Below, piece after piece: positions 1 through 9,779 of a DNA stretch of 43,994 nt. Each line of letters starts with the position of its first letter. The stretch's first letter is position 1. The notes beneath the pieces are model-generated. The model did no database searches, was not told the origin of the DNA, and was given only the letters and a program-made list of their open reading frames with translations. Origin of the DNA: Bifidobacterium breve (GTDB lineage Bacteria; Acidobacteriota; Vicinamibacteria; Vicinamibacterales; CAVVIG01); the NCBI GenBank assembly GCA_943328785.2, contig CALQBJ020000003.1:1-43994 (forward strand), in the 5' to 3' direction. The position numbers were made by a program, and so were the translations under genes.

Positions 1-480
1 GCGACAGTGGCCGTACTGCCGGAGGCCGAGGAGGTCGACGTCCAGATCCTCGACAAGGACCTCCGCATCGACACGTTCTGCTCGAGTGGGCCGGGTGGCC
101 AGAGCGTCAACACCACCTACTCGGCGGTCCGCATCACCCACCTGCCAACGAACACGGTCGTCTCGCAGCAGGACGAGAAGTCGCAGGTCAAGAACAAGGC
201 AAAGGCGATGAAGGTGCTGCGCGCCCGTCTCTACGAGATGGAGCTGCGCAAGCAGCAGGAAGCCATCGCCAAGGATCGCAAGAGTCAGGTGGGCACGGGC
301 GAGCGCTCCGAGAAGATCCGGACCTACAACTTCCCGCAGAGCCGCATCACCGACCACCGGATCAACTTCACGACGCACCAGCTCGTGAACGTCCTGAACG
401 GCGACCTCGCGGAACTGCTCGACGAGGTCATCACGCATTACCAGTCGGAGAAGCTCAAGGACGCCACGGGAGTCTCGTAA
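1..480 (+). CDS. prfA: Peptide chain release factor 1, 5'-truncated by window edge
   Basis: Frame open from base 1 ([13 protein letters not shown]...); GGQ motif in [10 protein letters not shown]; [20 protein letters not shown]; directly upstream of prmC. Confidence 0.96.
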   Translation, partial: ATVAVLPEAEEVDVQILDKDLRIDTFCSSGPGGQSVNTTYSAVRITHLPTNTVVSQQDEKSQVKNKAKAMKVLRARLYEMELRKQQEAIAKDRKSQVGTGERSEKIRTYNFPQSRITDHRINFTTHQLVNVLNGDLAELLDEVITHYQSEKLKDATGVS

Positions 481-514
481 CACGTCCCCTGGTGCGGCGT
501 CGCAGATCAGGCCG

Positions 515-1381
515 ATGCCCACAGAAATCCACGCCCTCATCGCCGACGCGCGGCGTCGCTTCCGGGCCGCCGGTATCGAGCCTGGCGAGGCGGCGCTCGA
601 CGCACGCCTTCTCGCCCAGCGTCTTCTCGGGTGGGATGCCGCACGCCTGATGACCCACGGCGATGAAGCCGCGCCTGCCGACTTCGCGCGCGACTACGAA
701 GGACTGGTGGCGCGCCGCGCGTTCCGCGAGCCGCTGGCCTACATCACCGGCTCACGCGAGTTCTGGAACCTCGACATCGAGGTGACACCAGCCGTGCTGA
801 TTCCGCGCCAGGAAACCGAACTGCTCATCGAGATCGCGCTCGAGCACTTCGACCATGCGCAGCCTCTGCGGATTCTCGACGTATGCACGGGCAGCGGCTG
901 CCTGGCTGTCGGCCTCGGCCGCGAATTCCCGAAGGCCGCGCTCGTCGCGAGCGACATCTCGCAGGACGCACTCGACGTCGCCAGGCGCAACCTGACCCGC
1001 TACGGCGTCTCGGCCCGCACGCAGTGCCTGCGGACCGATCTGCTCGACGGCATCGACGGCCCGTTCGACCTGATTGTGTCGAACCCTCCATACGTGCCGA
1101 CGGAGGACGCCTCTGGGCTGCAACCGGAAGTGCGCGACTACGAACCGCCGGCGGCGCTGTTCGCGGGTGAGGACGGGCTCCATATCGTCAGGCGCCTGGT
1201 GGTGCAGGCCGCCGCCGCACTGGCGCGCGACGGCATCTTCGTCTTCGAGTTCGGAGCCGGGCAGGACAAGGCGGTCGCGGCGCTCGTCGAGGCGGTGCCG
1301 TCGCTGACACTGCTCGACGTCAAGCACGACCTGCAGGACATCCCACGCGCAGCGGTCGCCCGGAAGACCAGCCGCAGCTGA
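515..1381 (+). CDS. prmC: Release factor glutamine methyltransferase PrmC/HemK
   Basis: REPLAYITG, VLIPRQETE, SAM motif LDVCTGSG, NPPY; follows prfA. Confidence 0.95.
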   Translation: MPTEIHALIADARRRFRAAGIEPGEAALDARLLAQRLLGWDAARLMTHGDEAAPADFARDYEGLVARRAFREPLAYITGSREFWNLDIEVTPAVLIPRQETELLIEIALEHFDHAQPLRILDVCTGSGCLAVGLGREFPKAALVASDISQDALDVARRNLTRYGVSARTQCLRTDLLDGIDGPFDLIVSNPPYVPTEDASGLQPEVRDYEPPAALFAGEDGLHIVRRLVVQAAAALARDGIFVFEFGAGQDKAVAALVEAVPSLTLLDVKHDLQDIPRAAVARKTSRS

Positions 1382-1411
1382 CCATGGCCATGCTGCCGCG
1401 CCGGCCGTGCA

Positions 1412-1753
1412 TCAGCCCGGAGGCCAGGCCAGGCTGCGCCCGCCGATCAGGTGCAGGTGCATGTGGAACACGGTCTGTCCGGCGTCGTGGTTGGTGTTGA
1501 ACACCGTGCGATAGCCCGCCCCATCGATGCCCCGCTCCTTCGCAATCGCCGCCGCCCGTCGCACCAGTTCACCGACGATGGCGTCGTGGCCGGCCTCGAG
1601 GTCGTTCAGGGTGGCGACGTGCTGCTTCGGAATGACGAGCACGTGGGTGGACGCCTGCGGATTGATGTCGTTGAAGGCCAGCACCCGCTCGTCTTCGTAG
1701 ACGATCGACGCAGGGATCTCGCGGTTGATGATCTTGCAGAACAGGCAGGACAT
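1412..1753 (-). CDS. hinT: Histidine triad (HIT) nucleotide-binding protein
   Basis: CLFCKII N-terminus, DINPQA, GQTVFHMHLHLIGGR histidine triad, WPPG end. Confidence 0.93.
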   Translation of the reverse strand: MSCLFCKIINREIPASIVYEDERVLAFNDINPQASTHVLVIPKQHVATLNDLEAGHDAIVGELVRRAAAIAKERGIDGAGYRTVFNTNHDAGQTVFHMHLHLIGGRSLAWPPG

Positions 1754-1762
1754 GCCGACAGT

Positions 1763-2467
1763 CTAGAGCAGGCCGGTCAGTTCGTGCAGCGAGCGCATGG
1801 TCGGCACACCGAGTCCGGCCAGTTCCGCCTCACGCGGGTGGGCGCGCTCGCTCCGGTGCAGCAACGCCGCCCGCATGCCGAGACGAAGCGCCCCCTCGAT
1901 ATCGTGCGGCACGCTGTCGCCTACCATCATGGCCTCCGGCGGCGGCACATCCATCAACTCGAGCGCCGCCCTGAAGATACTGGGGTGCGGCTTCAGCATG
2001 CCGTGCTCGGAGGACGACACGGTGGCGGAGATGAGCCCCTCCAGTTCGAAGTGGGTCTGGAACGAGGCCAGGCATCGGTGCGAATTCGAGACCAGGCCGA
2101 TGCGCACGCCCGCCGCGGTCAGGGTCTTCAGCACCGCCGGCACATCGTCGTAGAGCTCGAAGTGCCGACAGGCGGCCCACTCGCGGTAGATTTCGCGCGC
2201 GCAGGCGTCGAGCGCATCGACGTTGCCACTGGCGCCCATCTGCTCGAGGATGTGTCGCGTGTAGCCGATGTGGATCTCGTCCTCGTAGACCGTGTCTTCA
2301 GGCAGGTCGAGCAACTGTGCGGCGCTCGCCACAGCGGTGTCGAACCGCGCCGCGTCCACGGTGATGCCGTGACGCGCGCTGAACGCCTGGTAGCCAGGTG
2401 CCTGGAACGTCGGCCCCGGGTAGATGAGCGTGAAGTCGACGTCGAAGAGGACGGCCCTGGTCACCAC
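1763..2467 (-). CDS. HAD-superfamily hydrolase
   Basis: Motif I FDVDFTL, VSN, KPHPSIF, GDSVPHDIEGA. Confidence 0.88.
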   Translation of the reverse strand: MVTRAVLFDVDFTLIYPGPTFQAPGYQAFSARHGITVDAARFDTAVASAAQLLDLPEDTVYEDEIHIGYTRHILEQMGASGNVDALDACAREIYREWAACRHFELYDDVPAVLKTLTAAGVRIGLVSNSHRCLASFQTHFELEGLISATVSSSEHGMLKPHPSIFRAALELMDVPPPEAMMVGDSVPHDIEGALRLGMRAALLHRSERAHPREAELAGLGVPTMRSLHELTGLL

Positions 2468-3532
2468 TGGTAGGGACCGGCCACGACCACCGTGGCGTGC
2501 GCCGGGTCGAGCGCCGCGGCGGCGGCGTTCACGTCGTCGATGGTGACCATCATGAGCAGTGTAAGCAGGCGTTGATCGTAGTCGAGTCCGAGCCCGCAGA
2601 ACTCGGCGTTCTGCAGGAACCCCGCGATGCCGGCGTTGGTGTCGAGCATGCGCGGCATCGAGCCGGAGTTGTACTGGCGCGACTCGGCGATCTCACGGCC
2701 AGTGACACCCATGCGTCGCAGCGACTGCAGTTCGTCGTCGATCGACGCGGTCGCCCGCTCGACATTGGCGGCGGCAACGCCGGCCCGCACCATGAAGGGC
2801 CGGGCAATGGTCGACGCATCGAACGAGCTCCAGGCGGAGTAGGCCATCCCCGGTTGCTCCCGGATGCTGTCGCCGAGGCGGGCGCCGAGCGCGTACTGGC
2901 CAAGCACGTTGTTCATCAGCATGAACGCGAAGTAGGAGCGGTCCGACCTGGCGATGGACGGGAAGCCGTAGGCAATTTCAGCCTGCGACTTGTTCATCAT
3001 TGGCACCGTGACGAGCCGGCGGCGCGACCGATGCGGCGGTGCCGGTGGTCGGCCGGCCGTACGGGTGCGTGTCGCCGTAGAGCGCAGCCATCAACGCATC
3101 CACGCTGCGCACAGCGGGATTGTCGGCGTCCTGTTGCAGGCTCGTCAGCACCTGCACCTTGCGCGTCACGAGGTCGGTCTCCGGCACCACGGGGTGCCTG
3201 ACGATGTCGGCGAGCAGCGCGAAGATGTCTTCGACGTCTTCGCTAAGGCAGGTGGATGTCAGCGAGAGCAACTGCCGGGTCACCGACAGGCTCAACGACG
3301 CACCGCGGTTCTCGAGCGCGTCGGCGACCTCGGTGCTGGACTTGCCGGTGGTGCCCCGGTCGAGCACGCGCGACAACAGGACGCTGGCGCCAGCGGCATC
3401 GCCGGGGTCGACGATGGCGCCGGCGCGGAGCGCCAGGTTGATCGCCACGGCTGGCGTCTTGCGGGTCTGCTTCGCGGTGACCACCAACCCGTTCGACACT
3501 ACGGCGCGCGTCGGGTTCAGGCGCGCGCTCAT
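2461..3532 (-). pseudogene. M16 (pitrilysin-like) peptidase, non-catalytic-type subunit, split by frameshift/deletion
   Basis: N-part 2978..3532 (SNGLVVTAKQT...LDRGT...HPYGRP) changes frame near 3020-3030 into RRRLVTVPMMNKSQAEIAYG...NNVLGQYALGARLGDSIRE (2461..3006); combined length is short for an M16 subunit. Confidence 0.75.
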
Positions 3533-4630
3533 CGCTGCGCCTCGACGGTGCCGGTTGCGGCGACCGGACGGCTACCCACCGCCAAGTGCTCGAAGAAGCC
3601 GGGCTGATGGGCGACGTTGGTGACGCTGTCGGCATCGAACACCACCTGCGCGTGCAGTTGCCGCTTCACCCTGGCCAGTTCTTCCTCGGTGATTCCTTGT
3701 GACGCGAGCCCGCGTTCGCCCCCCCCCTGGTAGAGGCGCGCCACGCGCTGCGGCGGAGGCACCTGGAGCGCCGTCCACAGGTTGGCGCCCTTGGCGCCCG
3801 TCAGGACCGCATCGAGGAGCAGGGCCGGCACCAACGTCGGGTCGGCGACCGCAGGCGCATGGAAGCCGGCGCGGAAGTAGGCAGTCGTGCCTTCCTTCCG
3901 GATGACCAGCCGGCGCTCGCCCATCTGCTCGGGCTCACGCATCCGGCGCCGAATCAGCGGCCCGCCGGCCGCGAAGCCGCCGAAGTGCTCGCGAACCCGG
4001 GCCATCGCCTCTTCAGGATCGACGTCGCCGACGATGACGAGGGTGGCGTTGTCGGGTGCGTAGTAGCGGCGGTAGTAACCGTTACAGGTCGTCGCGGGTC
4101 ATCGTTTCGAGGTCGGCCAGCCACCCGATCGTCGGATGCCGGTATGGATGGGCCTTGAACGCCGTCGCGACGACTTCCTGGTCCAGCAGGCTGTCGGGGT
4201 CGTTTTCGCCCCCTTTCAGCTCGGGAATGATGACCGTTCGCTCCGATTCGCAGTCGTCCTGGTCGTACAGGCACCGTCCCATCCGCTCCGCCTCGATGAA
4301 CAGCATGCGATCGAGCGCATCGCGCGAGGCTGTTTCGAGGTAGGTGGTCTGGTCGAGCCAGGTCTACCCGTTCCACGGCCCGCCGAACTGCTCGATGATC
4401 CCCTTCACCTGGTCGCGTGGGATGTTGGTGGTGCCCTTGAAGTTCATGTGCTGCACCCAGTGCGACACACCGGTGAGGCCCGGCAGTTCGTCACGCGAGC
4501 CGACCTTGTACCAGCACCACACCGACACGAGCGGCGCGGTGTGCTCTTCGAGCAGCAGCACCTTCAACCCGTTCTCGAGTAGTTCGGTCCTCAGGGGAGC
4601 CGTCCATCCAGCTTCTGAAGAGTTGGCCAT
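3529..4630 (-). pseudogene. M16 (pitrilysin-like) peptidase, catalytic-type subunit, disrupted
   Basis: ATG at 4630; LENGLKV...VGSRDE...SHWVQHMNFKGT; in-frame TAG at 4364-4366 (WNG*TWLDQTTY); +1 frameshift near 4082 (DDL*, continuing GYYRRYYAPDNATLVIVGD); shortened C-terminal part. Confidence 0.8.
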
Positions 4631-4636
4631 CCATTC

Positions 4637-4646
4637 ATTATAAAAT
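4637..4646. promoter_or_regulatory. Overlapping divergent -10 elements (M16 gene / ileS)
   Basis: TATAAT on - strand (4637-4642) 6 nt before ATG 4630; TAAAAT on + strand (4641-4646) 12 nt before ileS ATG. Confidence 0.55.
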
Positions 4647-4658
4647 CTGGGGATACCC

Positions 4659-7496
4659 ATGCCTGAATGGAAAGACACCGTCAATCTGCCGCGGACCGAC
4701 TTCCCGATGAAGGCGAACCTGCCGACGAGCGAACCGGACACGCTCGCTCGCTGGGCCGCCATGGACCTCTACGGGAAGATTCGTGAGCACCGCCGCGGCG
4801 CGCCGAAATTCATCCTGCACGACGGTCCGCCGTACACGAGCGGCAACATTCACATCGGGACAGCGCTCAACAAGATCCTGAAGGACTTCGTGGTGAAGTC
4901 GCGCTCGATGGAAGGGTTCGATGCCCCGTTCGTCGTCGGCTACGACTGCCACGGACTGCCAATCGAGCTGAAGGTCGATCGCGAACTTGGACCGAAGAAG
5001 CGCGAGATGTCGACCGCCGACTTCTGCCGCGCCTGCCGTGCCTTCGCGGAGCGCTTCATCGGCACGATGACGGCGCAATTCCAGCGTCTCGGTGTGCTCG
5101 GCACCTGGGACGACCCGTATGTGACGATGGACTTCCGCTACCAGGCGGCCATCGCGCGCGCCTTCGGCCAATTCGTCGGACACGGGTTGGTCTACAAGGG
5201 CAAGAAGCCGGTGCACTGGTGCATCCACTGCCGCACCGCGCTGGCCGAAGCCGAGGTCGAATACGAGGATCACACCTCGCCATCGATCTACGTCGAGTTC
5301 CCGCTGCCGGCGGAACACGCGGGTGAACTGGTCGAGCGAGTGCCCGAACTCGCCGGGCGCCAGGTGTCGGTCCTCATCTGGACGACGACGCCCTGGACGA
5401 TTCCATCGAACCTGGCGGTGGCCTTCCACCCCGAACTCGACTACGTCGCCTACGAAGTGAACGGCCGCTCGGTGATCGTCGCCGAAGGACTGGCCGCGAC
5501 GGTTGCGGCGGAGTCGGGCGTGGCGCTCGACACGCCGGTGGCCCGGATGAAAGGTGAGGTGTTCGATCGCATTCGCTTCCGCCACCCGCTGTACGAACGC
5601 GACTCGCTCGGGGTGCTCGCCGACTACGTCACGCTGGACGCTGGCACCGGCGTGGTCCACACGGCTCCTGGTCACGGCGCGGACGACTTCCGCACCGGCC
5701 AGAAGTACGGCCTCGAGGTCTACGCCCCGGTGGGTCCGGCTGGACACTTCCTCGACACGGTCGAACTCTTCGGCGGCATGCGGGTGTTCGATGCGAACCC
5801 GAACGTGGAAGAGGCACTGAAGGAGCGCGGCCGGCTCTGGCATCGCAAGTCGTTTGCGCACGCCTATCCGCACTGCTGGCGCTGCCACAACCCGGTGATC
5901 TTCCTCGCCACGGCGCAGTGGTTCATCGGTATGGACGACGCGAAGCTGAAGCGCGGCGACGACGTCGCCACGCTGCGGCAGGCGGCGCTCGACACCGTGG
6001 ACAACAAGGTGAAGTGGATTCCCGGCTGGGGTCACGACCGCATCTACAACATGCTCGCGAACCGGCCCGACTGGTGCGTGTCTCGCCAGCGCGCCTGGGG
6101 TGTGCCGATTCCCGCCCTGGATTGCACAAAGTGCGGCGAAGCGGTCATCTCGCAGGCGATCGTGGAGAGGGCCGCCGGTGTGTTCGAGCAGTACGGCGCC
6201 GACGCGTGGTACGAACGCCCGACTGAGGAGTTCGTCCCCGAGGGGCTGAGCTGCCCGGCGTGCGGCCACACCGGCTTCGCTCGCGAGATGAACATCCTCG
6301 ACGTGTGGTTCGATTCCGGGTCGAGCCATGAAGCGGTGCTGTCGGTTCGGCCGGAGCTGACCTGGCCGGCCGACATCTACCTCGAAGGCAGCGACCAGCA
6401 CCGTGGCTGGTTCCAGAGCTCGCTACTTGTCGGGCTGGGCACGCGTGGTCGTGCGCCGTTCGGCGAGGTGTTGACGCACGGCTTCATCGTGGCCGAAGAC
6501 GGCCGCAAGATGTCGAAGTCGCTCGGCAACTCGGTCGAGCCGCAGGACATCATCAAGCAGAGCGGCGCCGACATCCTGCGTCTCTGGGTGTCGATGAGCG
6601 ACTACACCCAGGAGATCCGGATCGGCAAGGAAGTGCTGGCCCGCGCGGTCGAGGCCTACCGGAAGATCCGGAACACCCTCCGCTACCTCGTGGCGAACCT
6701 GTACGACTTCAACCCTGACGTCGACCTCGTGGAGACGTCGTCGATGGAGGAAGTGGACCGCTACATCCTGGCGCGTTACGCAGAAGTGGCGTTAAAGAGC
6801 CGCAAGGCGTACAGCAACTACGAGTACGGCACGCTCTTCCAGGCAGTGAATGCCTTCGTCACGGTCGACCTGAGCGCGTTCTACGCCGACGTGTCGAAGG
6901 ATCGGCTCTACACGTTCCATGCGAAGTCGCCCGAGCGTCGCTCCGCGCAGACGGCGCTGTACCTGATGGCCGATGGGCTCGGCCGCCTGCTGGCACCGAT
7001 CCTGTCGTTCACGGCCGACGAACTGTGGCGCTACCTGCCGTCACGGCACCTGGAGTCGGTGCACCTCGCCCTGTTCCCCGAGCTCGCGGAACTCGAGTCG
7101 ATGGTCGACACCGACCTGTTGCAGCGGTGGCAGCAGTTGGCCACGCTGCGCGAACGCGTGCTGGCTGACATCGAGCCGCTCCGCAAGGACAAACAGATCG
7201 GCAGTTCGCTACAGGCGCGCGTCGTGCTGACGGCGAACGAGAAGGAGTTGGCATTCCTCGAGAGCTACGCCGCGCAGTTGCCGATGCTGTTCATCGTGTC
7301 TGAAGTGGTGCTGCGTCCGGCACCAGCCGATGCCGAAGCCCGCACCGAGCCTGGCCCGGCCATCACCATCGAACGGGCGGGCGGCCTGAAGTGCGAGCGC
7401 TGCTGGCGCTATGTGCCGGCGCTCTCGAGCGAACCGGCGACCGAAGGCATCTGCGCGCGGTGCCAGGTCGCCGTATCTGGCACGCTCAATGGCTGA
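4659..7496 (+). CDS. ileS: Isoleucyl-tRNA synthetase (type 1)
   Basis: LHDGPPY, HIGH-like HIGT, WTTTPWT, GTGVVH editing motif, EGSDQHRGWF, KMSKS, C-terminal CERCW...CARC zinc site. Confidence 0.97.
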   Translation: MPEWKDTVNLPRTDFPMKANLPTSEPDTLARWAAMDLYGKIREHRRGAPKFILHDGPPYTSGNIHIGTALNKILKDFVVKSRSMEGFDAPFVVGYDCHGLPIELKVDRELGPKKREMSTADFCRACRAFAERFIGTMTAQFQRLGVLGTWDDPYVTMDFRYQAAIARAFGQFVGHGLVYKGKKPVHWCIHCRTALAEAEVEYEDHTSPSIYVEFPLPAEHAGELVERVPELAGRQVSVLIWTTTPWTIPSNLAVAFHPELDYVAYEVNGRSVIVAEGLAATVAAESGVALDTPVARMKGEVFDRIRFRHPLYERDSLGVLADYVTLDAGTGVVHTAPGHGADDFRTGQKYGLEVYAPVGPAGHFLDTVELFGGMRVFDANPNVEEALKERGRLWHRKSFAHAYPHCWRCHNPVIFLATAQWFIGMDDAKLKRGDDVATLRQAALDTVDNKVKWIPGWGHDRIYNMLANRPDWCVSRQRAWGVPIPALDCTKCGEAVISQAIVERAAGVFEQYGADAWYERPTEEFVPEGLSCPACGHTGFAREMNILDVWFDSGSSHEAVLSVRPELTWPADIYLEGSDQHRGWFQSSLLVGLGTRGRAPFGEVLTHGFIVAEDGRKMSKSLGNSVEPQDIIKQSGADILRLWVSMSDYTQEIRIGKEVLARAVEAYRKIRNTLRYLVANLYDFNPDVDLVETSSMEEVDRYILARYAEVALKSRKAYSNYEYGTLFQAVNAFVTVDLSAFYADVSKDRLYTFHAKSPERRSAQTALYLMADGLGRLLAPILSFTADELWRYLPSRHLESVHLALFPELAELESMVDTDLLQRWQQLATLRERVLADIEPLRKDKQIGSSLQARVVLTANEKELAFLESYAAQLPMLFIVSEVVLRPAPADAEARTEPGPAITIERAGGLKCERCWRYVPALSSEPATEGICARCQVAVSGTLNG

Positions 7497-8010
7497 GACA
7501 GGCGTGGCACAGCCAGGCGCACAGTGGCGGCGCCTGGAGCTTTGGGTGCCGCTGCTCGTCGTGGCGCTCGATCAGCTGACGAAGTGGCTGGTTCGGGTGC
7601 GGGTCCCGCTGCACGACAGCGTGCAGGTGATCCCGAACCTGCTCGACATCACGCACGTCCGCAACACCGGCGCGGCGTTCGGCTTCCTGAACGGCGTCGA
7701 CTTCCCTGGGAAGACACTGTTGATTGCGGTGGTCGCCATCGTGGCGCTCATCGGCGTTGCGCTCTACTCTGGTACCTTGTCGAACCAGCAACTTCTGCCG
7801 CGGCTCGGCATGGCGCTGATTATCGGCGGCGCGGCGGGCAACCTCATCGACCGCATCATCATCGGGTCAGTCGTCGACTTCGTGGACGCCTACTGGGGCA
7901 CATTCCACTTCTGGGCCTTCAACGTGGCCGACTCGGCGATTACAGTCGGCGTAGCACTCATGATCCTCGATATGATCAGGACCGGTTCGCATGCATCCAA
8001 TCCTGCTTGA
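7489..8010 (+). CDS. lspA: Lipoprotein signal peptidase II
   Basis: DQLTK, NTGAAFG, GNLIDR, VVDF, FNVAD; ATG at 7489 overlaps ileS end (ileS-lspA linkage). Confidence 0.95.
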   Translation: MAETGVAQPGAQWRRLELWVPLLVVALDQLTKWLVRVRVPLHDSVQVIPNLLDITHVRNTGAAFGFLNGVDFPGKTLLIAVVAIVALIGVALYSGTLSNQQLLPRLGMALIIGGAAGNLIDRIIIGSVVDFVDAYWGTFHFWAFNVADSAITVGVALMILDMIRTGSHASNPA

Positions 8011-8791
8011 TCTCGGCCCGGCCACTATCTACACGTACGGCGTCCTGCTGGCAGCCGCCTACCTGCTCGGGCTGAAACTCGCCATGGTGCGTGCGAAGGT
8101 GCGCGGCCTGGATGAGGCGCGGGTGCTCGACCTCGGCATCTACATCATCATCAGCGCGCTGATCGGCGCCAAGTTGCTGCTGGTCATCACCGATTTCCGC
8201 ACGTTCATGACCGACCCGTCGGAGCTCATCACGCTCGCACGGTCGGGCGGTGTGTTCTACGGCGGCCTGATCCTGGCGGTCTCCGTGGCCCTCTGGTACA
8301 TCCGCAAGATCGGGTTACCGCTGTGGACCACCTGCGACGTCTTCGCACCCGGCGTCGCGCTCGGGCACGTGGTTGGGCGCATGGGCTGCTTCTTTGCCGG
8401 CTGCTGCTGGGGACGTGAAACGGACGTACCGTGGGCGATCACGTTCACCGACCCGTATGCCGCGGCGAACGTCGGCACACCGCTGAACGTGCCGCTGCAT
8501 CCAACGCAGCTCTACGAGGCCGGGGCCGAAGGACTGATCCTGCTCCTGCTGCTCTCGACGGAGAAGCAGGGCAGCAAGTACCCGGGACGGACGTTCTGGC
8601 TCTACATGCTGCTCTACGCGGTCTCGCGCTTCATCATCGAGTTCTATCGCAACGACCCTCGTGGCGTGGTCCTGATGTTCTCGACCTCGCAATTCATTTC
8701 GATCGTGCTGGCGCCGCTCGCGCTGGTCATGCTCGTGGTGCTCGCCAGGCGTGGCGCGCCTGCACCAGAACGCGCCCGGAAGGCAGCCTGA
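7991..8791 (+). CDS. lgt: Prolipoprotein diacylglyceryl transferase
   Basis: YG near N-terminus, GGVFYGG, GRMGCFFAGCCWG, HPTQLYE, RFIIEFYR. Confidence 0.93.
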   Translation: MHPILLDLGPATIYTYGVLLAAAYLLGLKLAMVRAKVRGLDEARVLDLGIYIIISALIGAKLLLVITDFRTFMTDPSELITLARSGGVFYGGLILAVSVALWYIRKIGLPLWTTCDVFAPGVALGHVVGRMGCFFAGCCWGRETDVPWAITFTDPYAAANVGTPLNVPLHPTQLYEAGAEGLILLLLLSTEKQGSKYPGRTFWLYMLLYAVSRFIIEFYRNDPRGVVLMFSTSQFISIVLAPLALVMLVVLARRGAPAPERARKAA

Positions 8792-9752
8792 TATCGCTCT
8801 CCTGATTCCGATTACCGAGGAGTACGAGGGTCTTCGCTTGGATCACTTCCTCGTCTCCGTCGTCCCCGGCCAGTCGCGTTCGCACCTGCAGAGGCTGATC
8901 GAGGAAGGGCACGTCACGGTCAACGGTCGCCCGGCAAAGGCGAACCTGCGGCTCAAGCTCGGGGTGTCGGTCGACATCGACATTCCCGAACCGAGGGATC
9001 CGATCCCGGTGCCGGAGAACATCGAGCTGCCGATCGTCTACGAGGACGCTGACCTCGTGGTGGTCAACAAGCCGCCGGGCATGGTGGTGCATCCGGCCGC
9101 CGGACACGACTCCGGCACGCTGGTGAATGCGCTCCTGTATCACGTCGACGACCTCAGCGGCATCGGCGGCGAAAAGCGGCCCGGCATCGTGCACCGGCTC
9201 GACCGCGGCACCTCCGGCCTCATGGTGGTGGCCAAGAACGATGCGGCGCACCAGGAGCTCGCACGTCAGTTCCACGACCGTGAGGTCTCGAAGGAGTACC
9301 TCGCGCTGGTCTGGGGTGTCGTCGTCGCTGGCCGACGCATCGAGGATCCGATCGGGCGCGACCCGAACAACCGCCTGAAGATGACGAACCGCGCGCGCCG
9401 CAGCCGCGAAGCCGTGACGCGCATCGTCCGGGTCTTCCAGGTGAACCCGGCGCTGGCGCTGGCGCAGATCGCGATCCACACCGGACGCACGCACCAGATT
9501 CGCGTGCACCTCAGTTCGATCGGTCATCCCATCGTCGGGGACACTCTCTACGGCGGGCTTCGCCGGCGGTTGCCATTCGATATCCGCGCCGTCTTACGGC
9601 TCGATCGCCCGTTCCTGCACGCGGCGAAGCTGGCCTTCAAACATCCTCGCGACGGGCGACGCATGGAGTTCGAGAGCGAGTTACCGCCGGATCTGAAGAG
9701 CGTGCTGGACGACCTGATCGAGAAATCGGGCCAGGAAGTCGAACAGGGCTGA
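8751..9752 (+). CDS. RluA-family pseudouridine synthase (RluD-like, S4 domain); start codon uncertain
   Basis: RLDHFL...SRSHLQRLI S4 domain, VNKPPGMVVHP, HRLDRGTSG, TGRTHQIRVH, LHA. Confidence 0.92.
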   Translation: MARLHQNAPGRQPDIALLIPITEEYEGLRLDHFLVSVVPGQSRSHLQRLIEEGHVTVNGRPAKANLRLKLGVSVDIDIPEPRDPIPVPENIELPIVYEDADLVVVNKPPGMVVHPAAGHDSGTLVNALLYHVDDLSGIGGEKRPGIVHRLDRGTSGLMVVAKNDAAHQELARQFHDREVSKEYLALVWGVVVAGRRIEDPIGRDPNNRLKMTNRARRSREAVTRIVRVFQVNPALALAQIAIHTGRTHQIRVHLSSIGHPIVGDTLYGGLRRRLPFDIRAVLRLDRPFLHAAKLAFKHPRDGRRMEFESELPPDLKSVLDDLIEKSGQEVEQG

Positions 9753-9779
9753 ACGCGCGGCGCGAGCGCGAGGATTCCT

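Noticed and set aside
4364-4366. In-frame TAG as possible pyrrolysine or readthrough codon
   Set aside because: It replaces an expected Tyr (TAC), the same gene has a frameshift and other lesions, and no pyl genes are in the window
8751-8830. 41-nt lgt/RluA overlap as an unusual overlapping gene
   Set aside because: More likely start-codon ambiguity; the S4 domain begins after the lgt stop and the true start cannot be fixed from sequence alone
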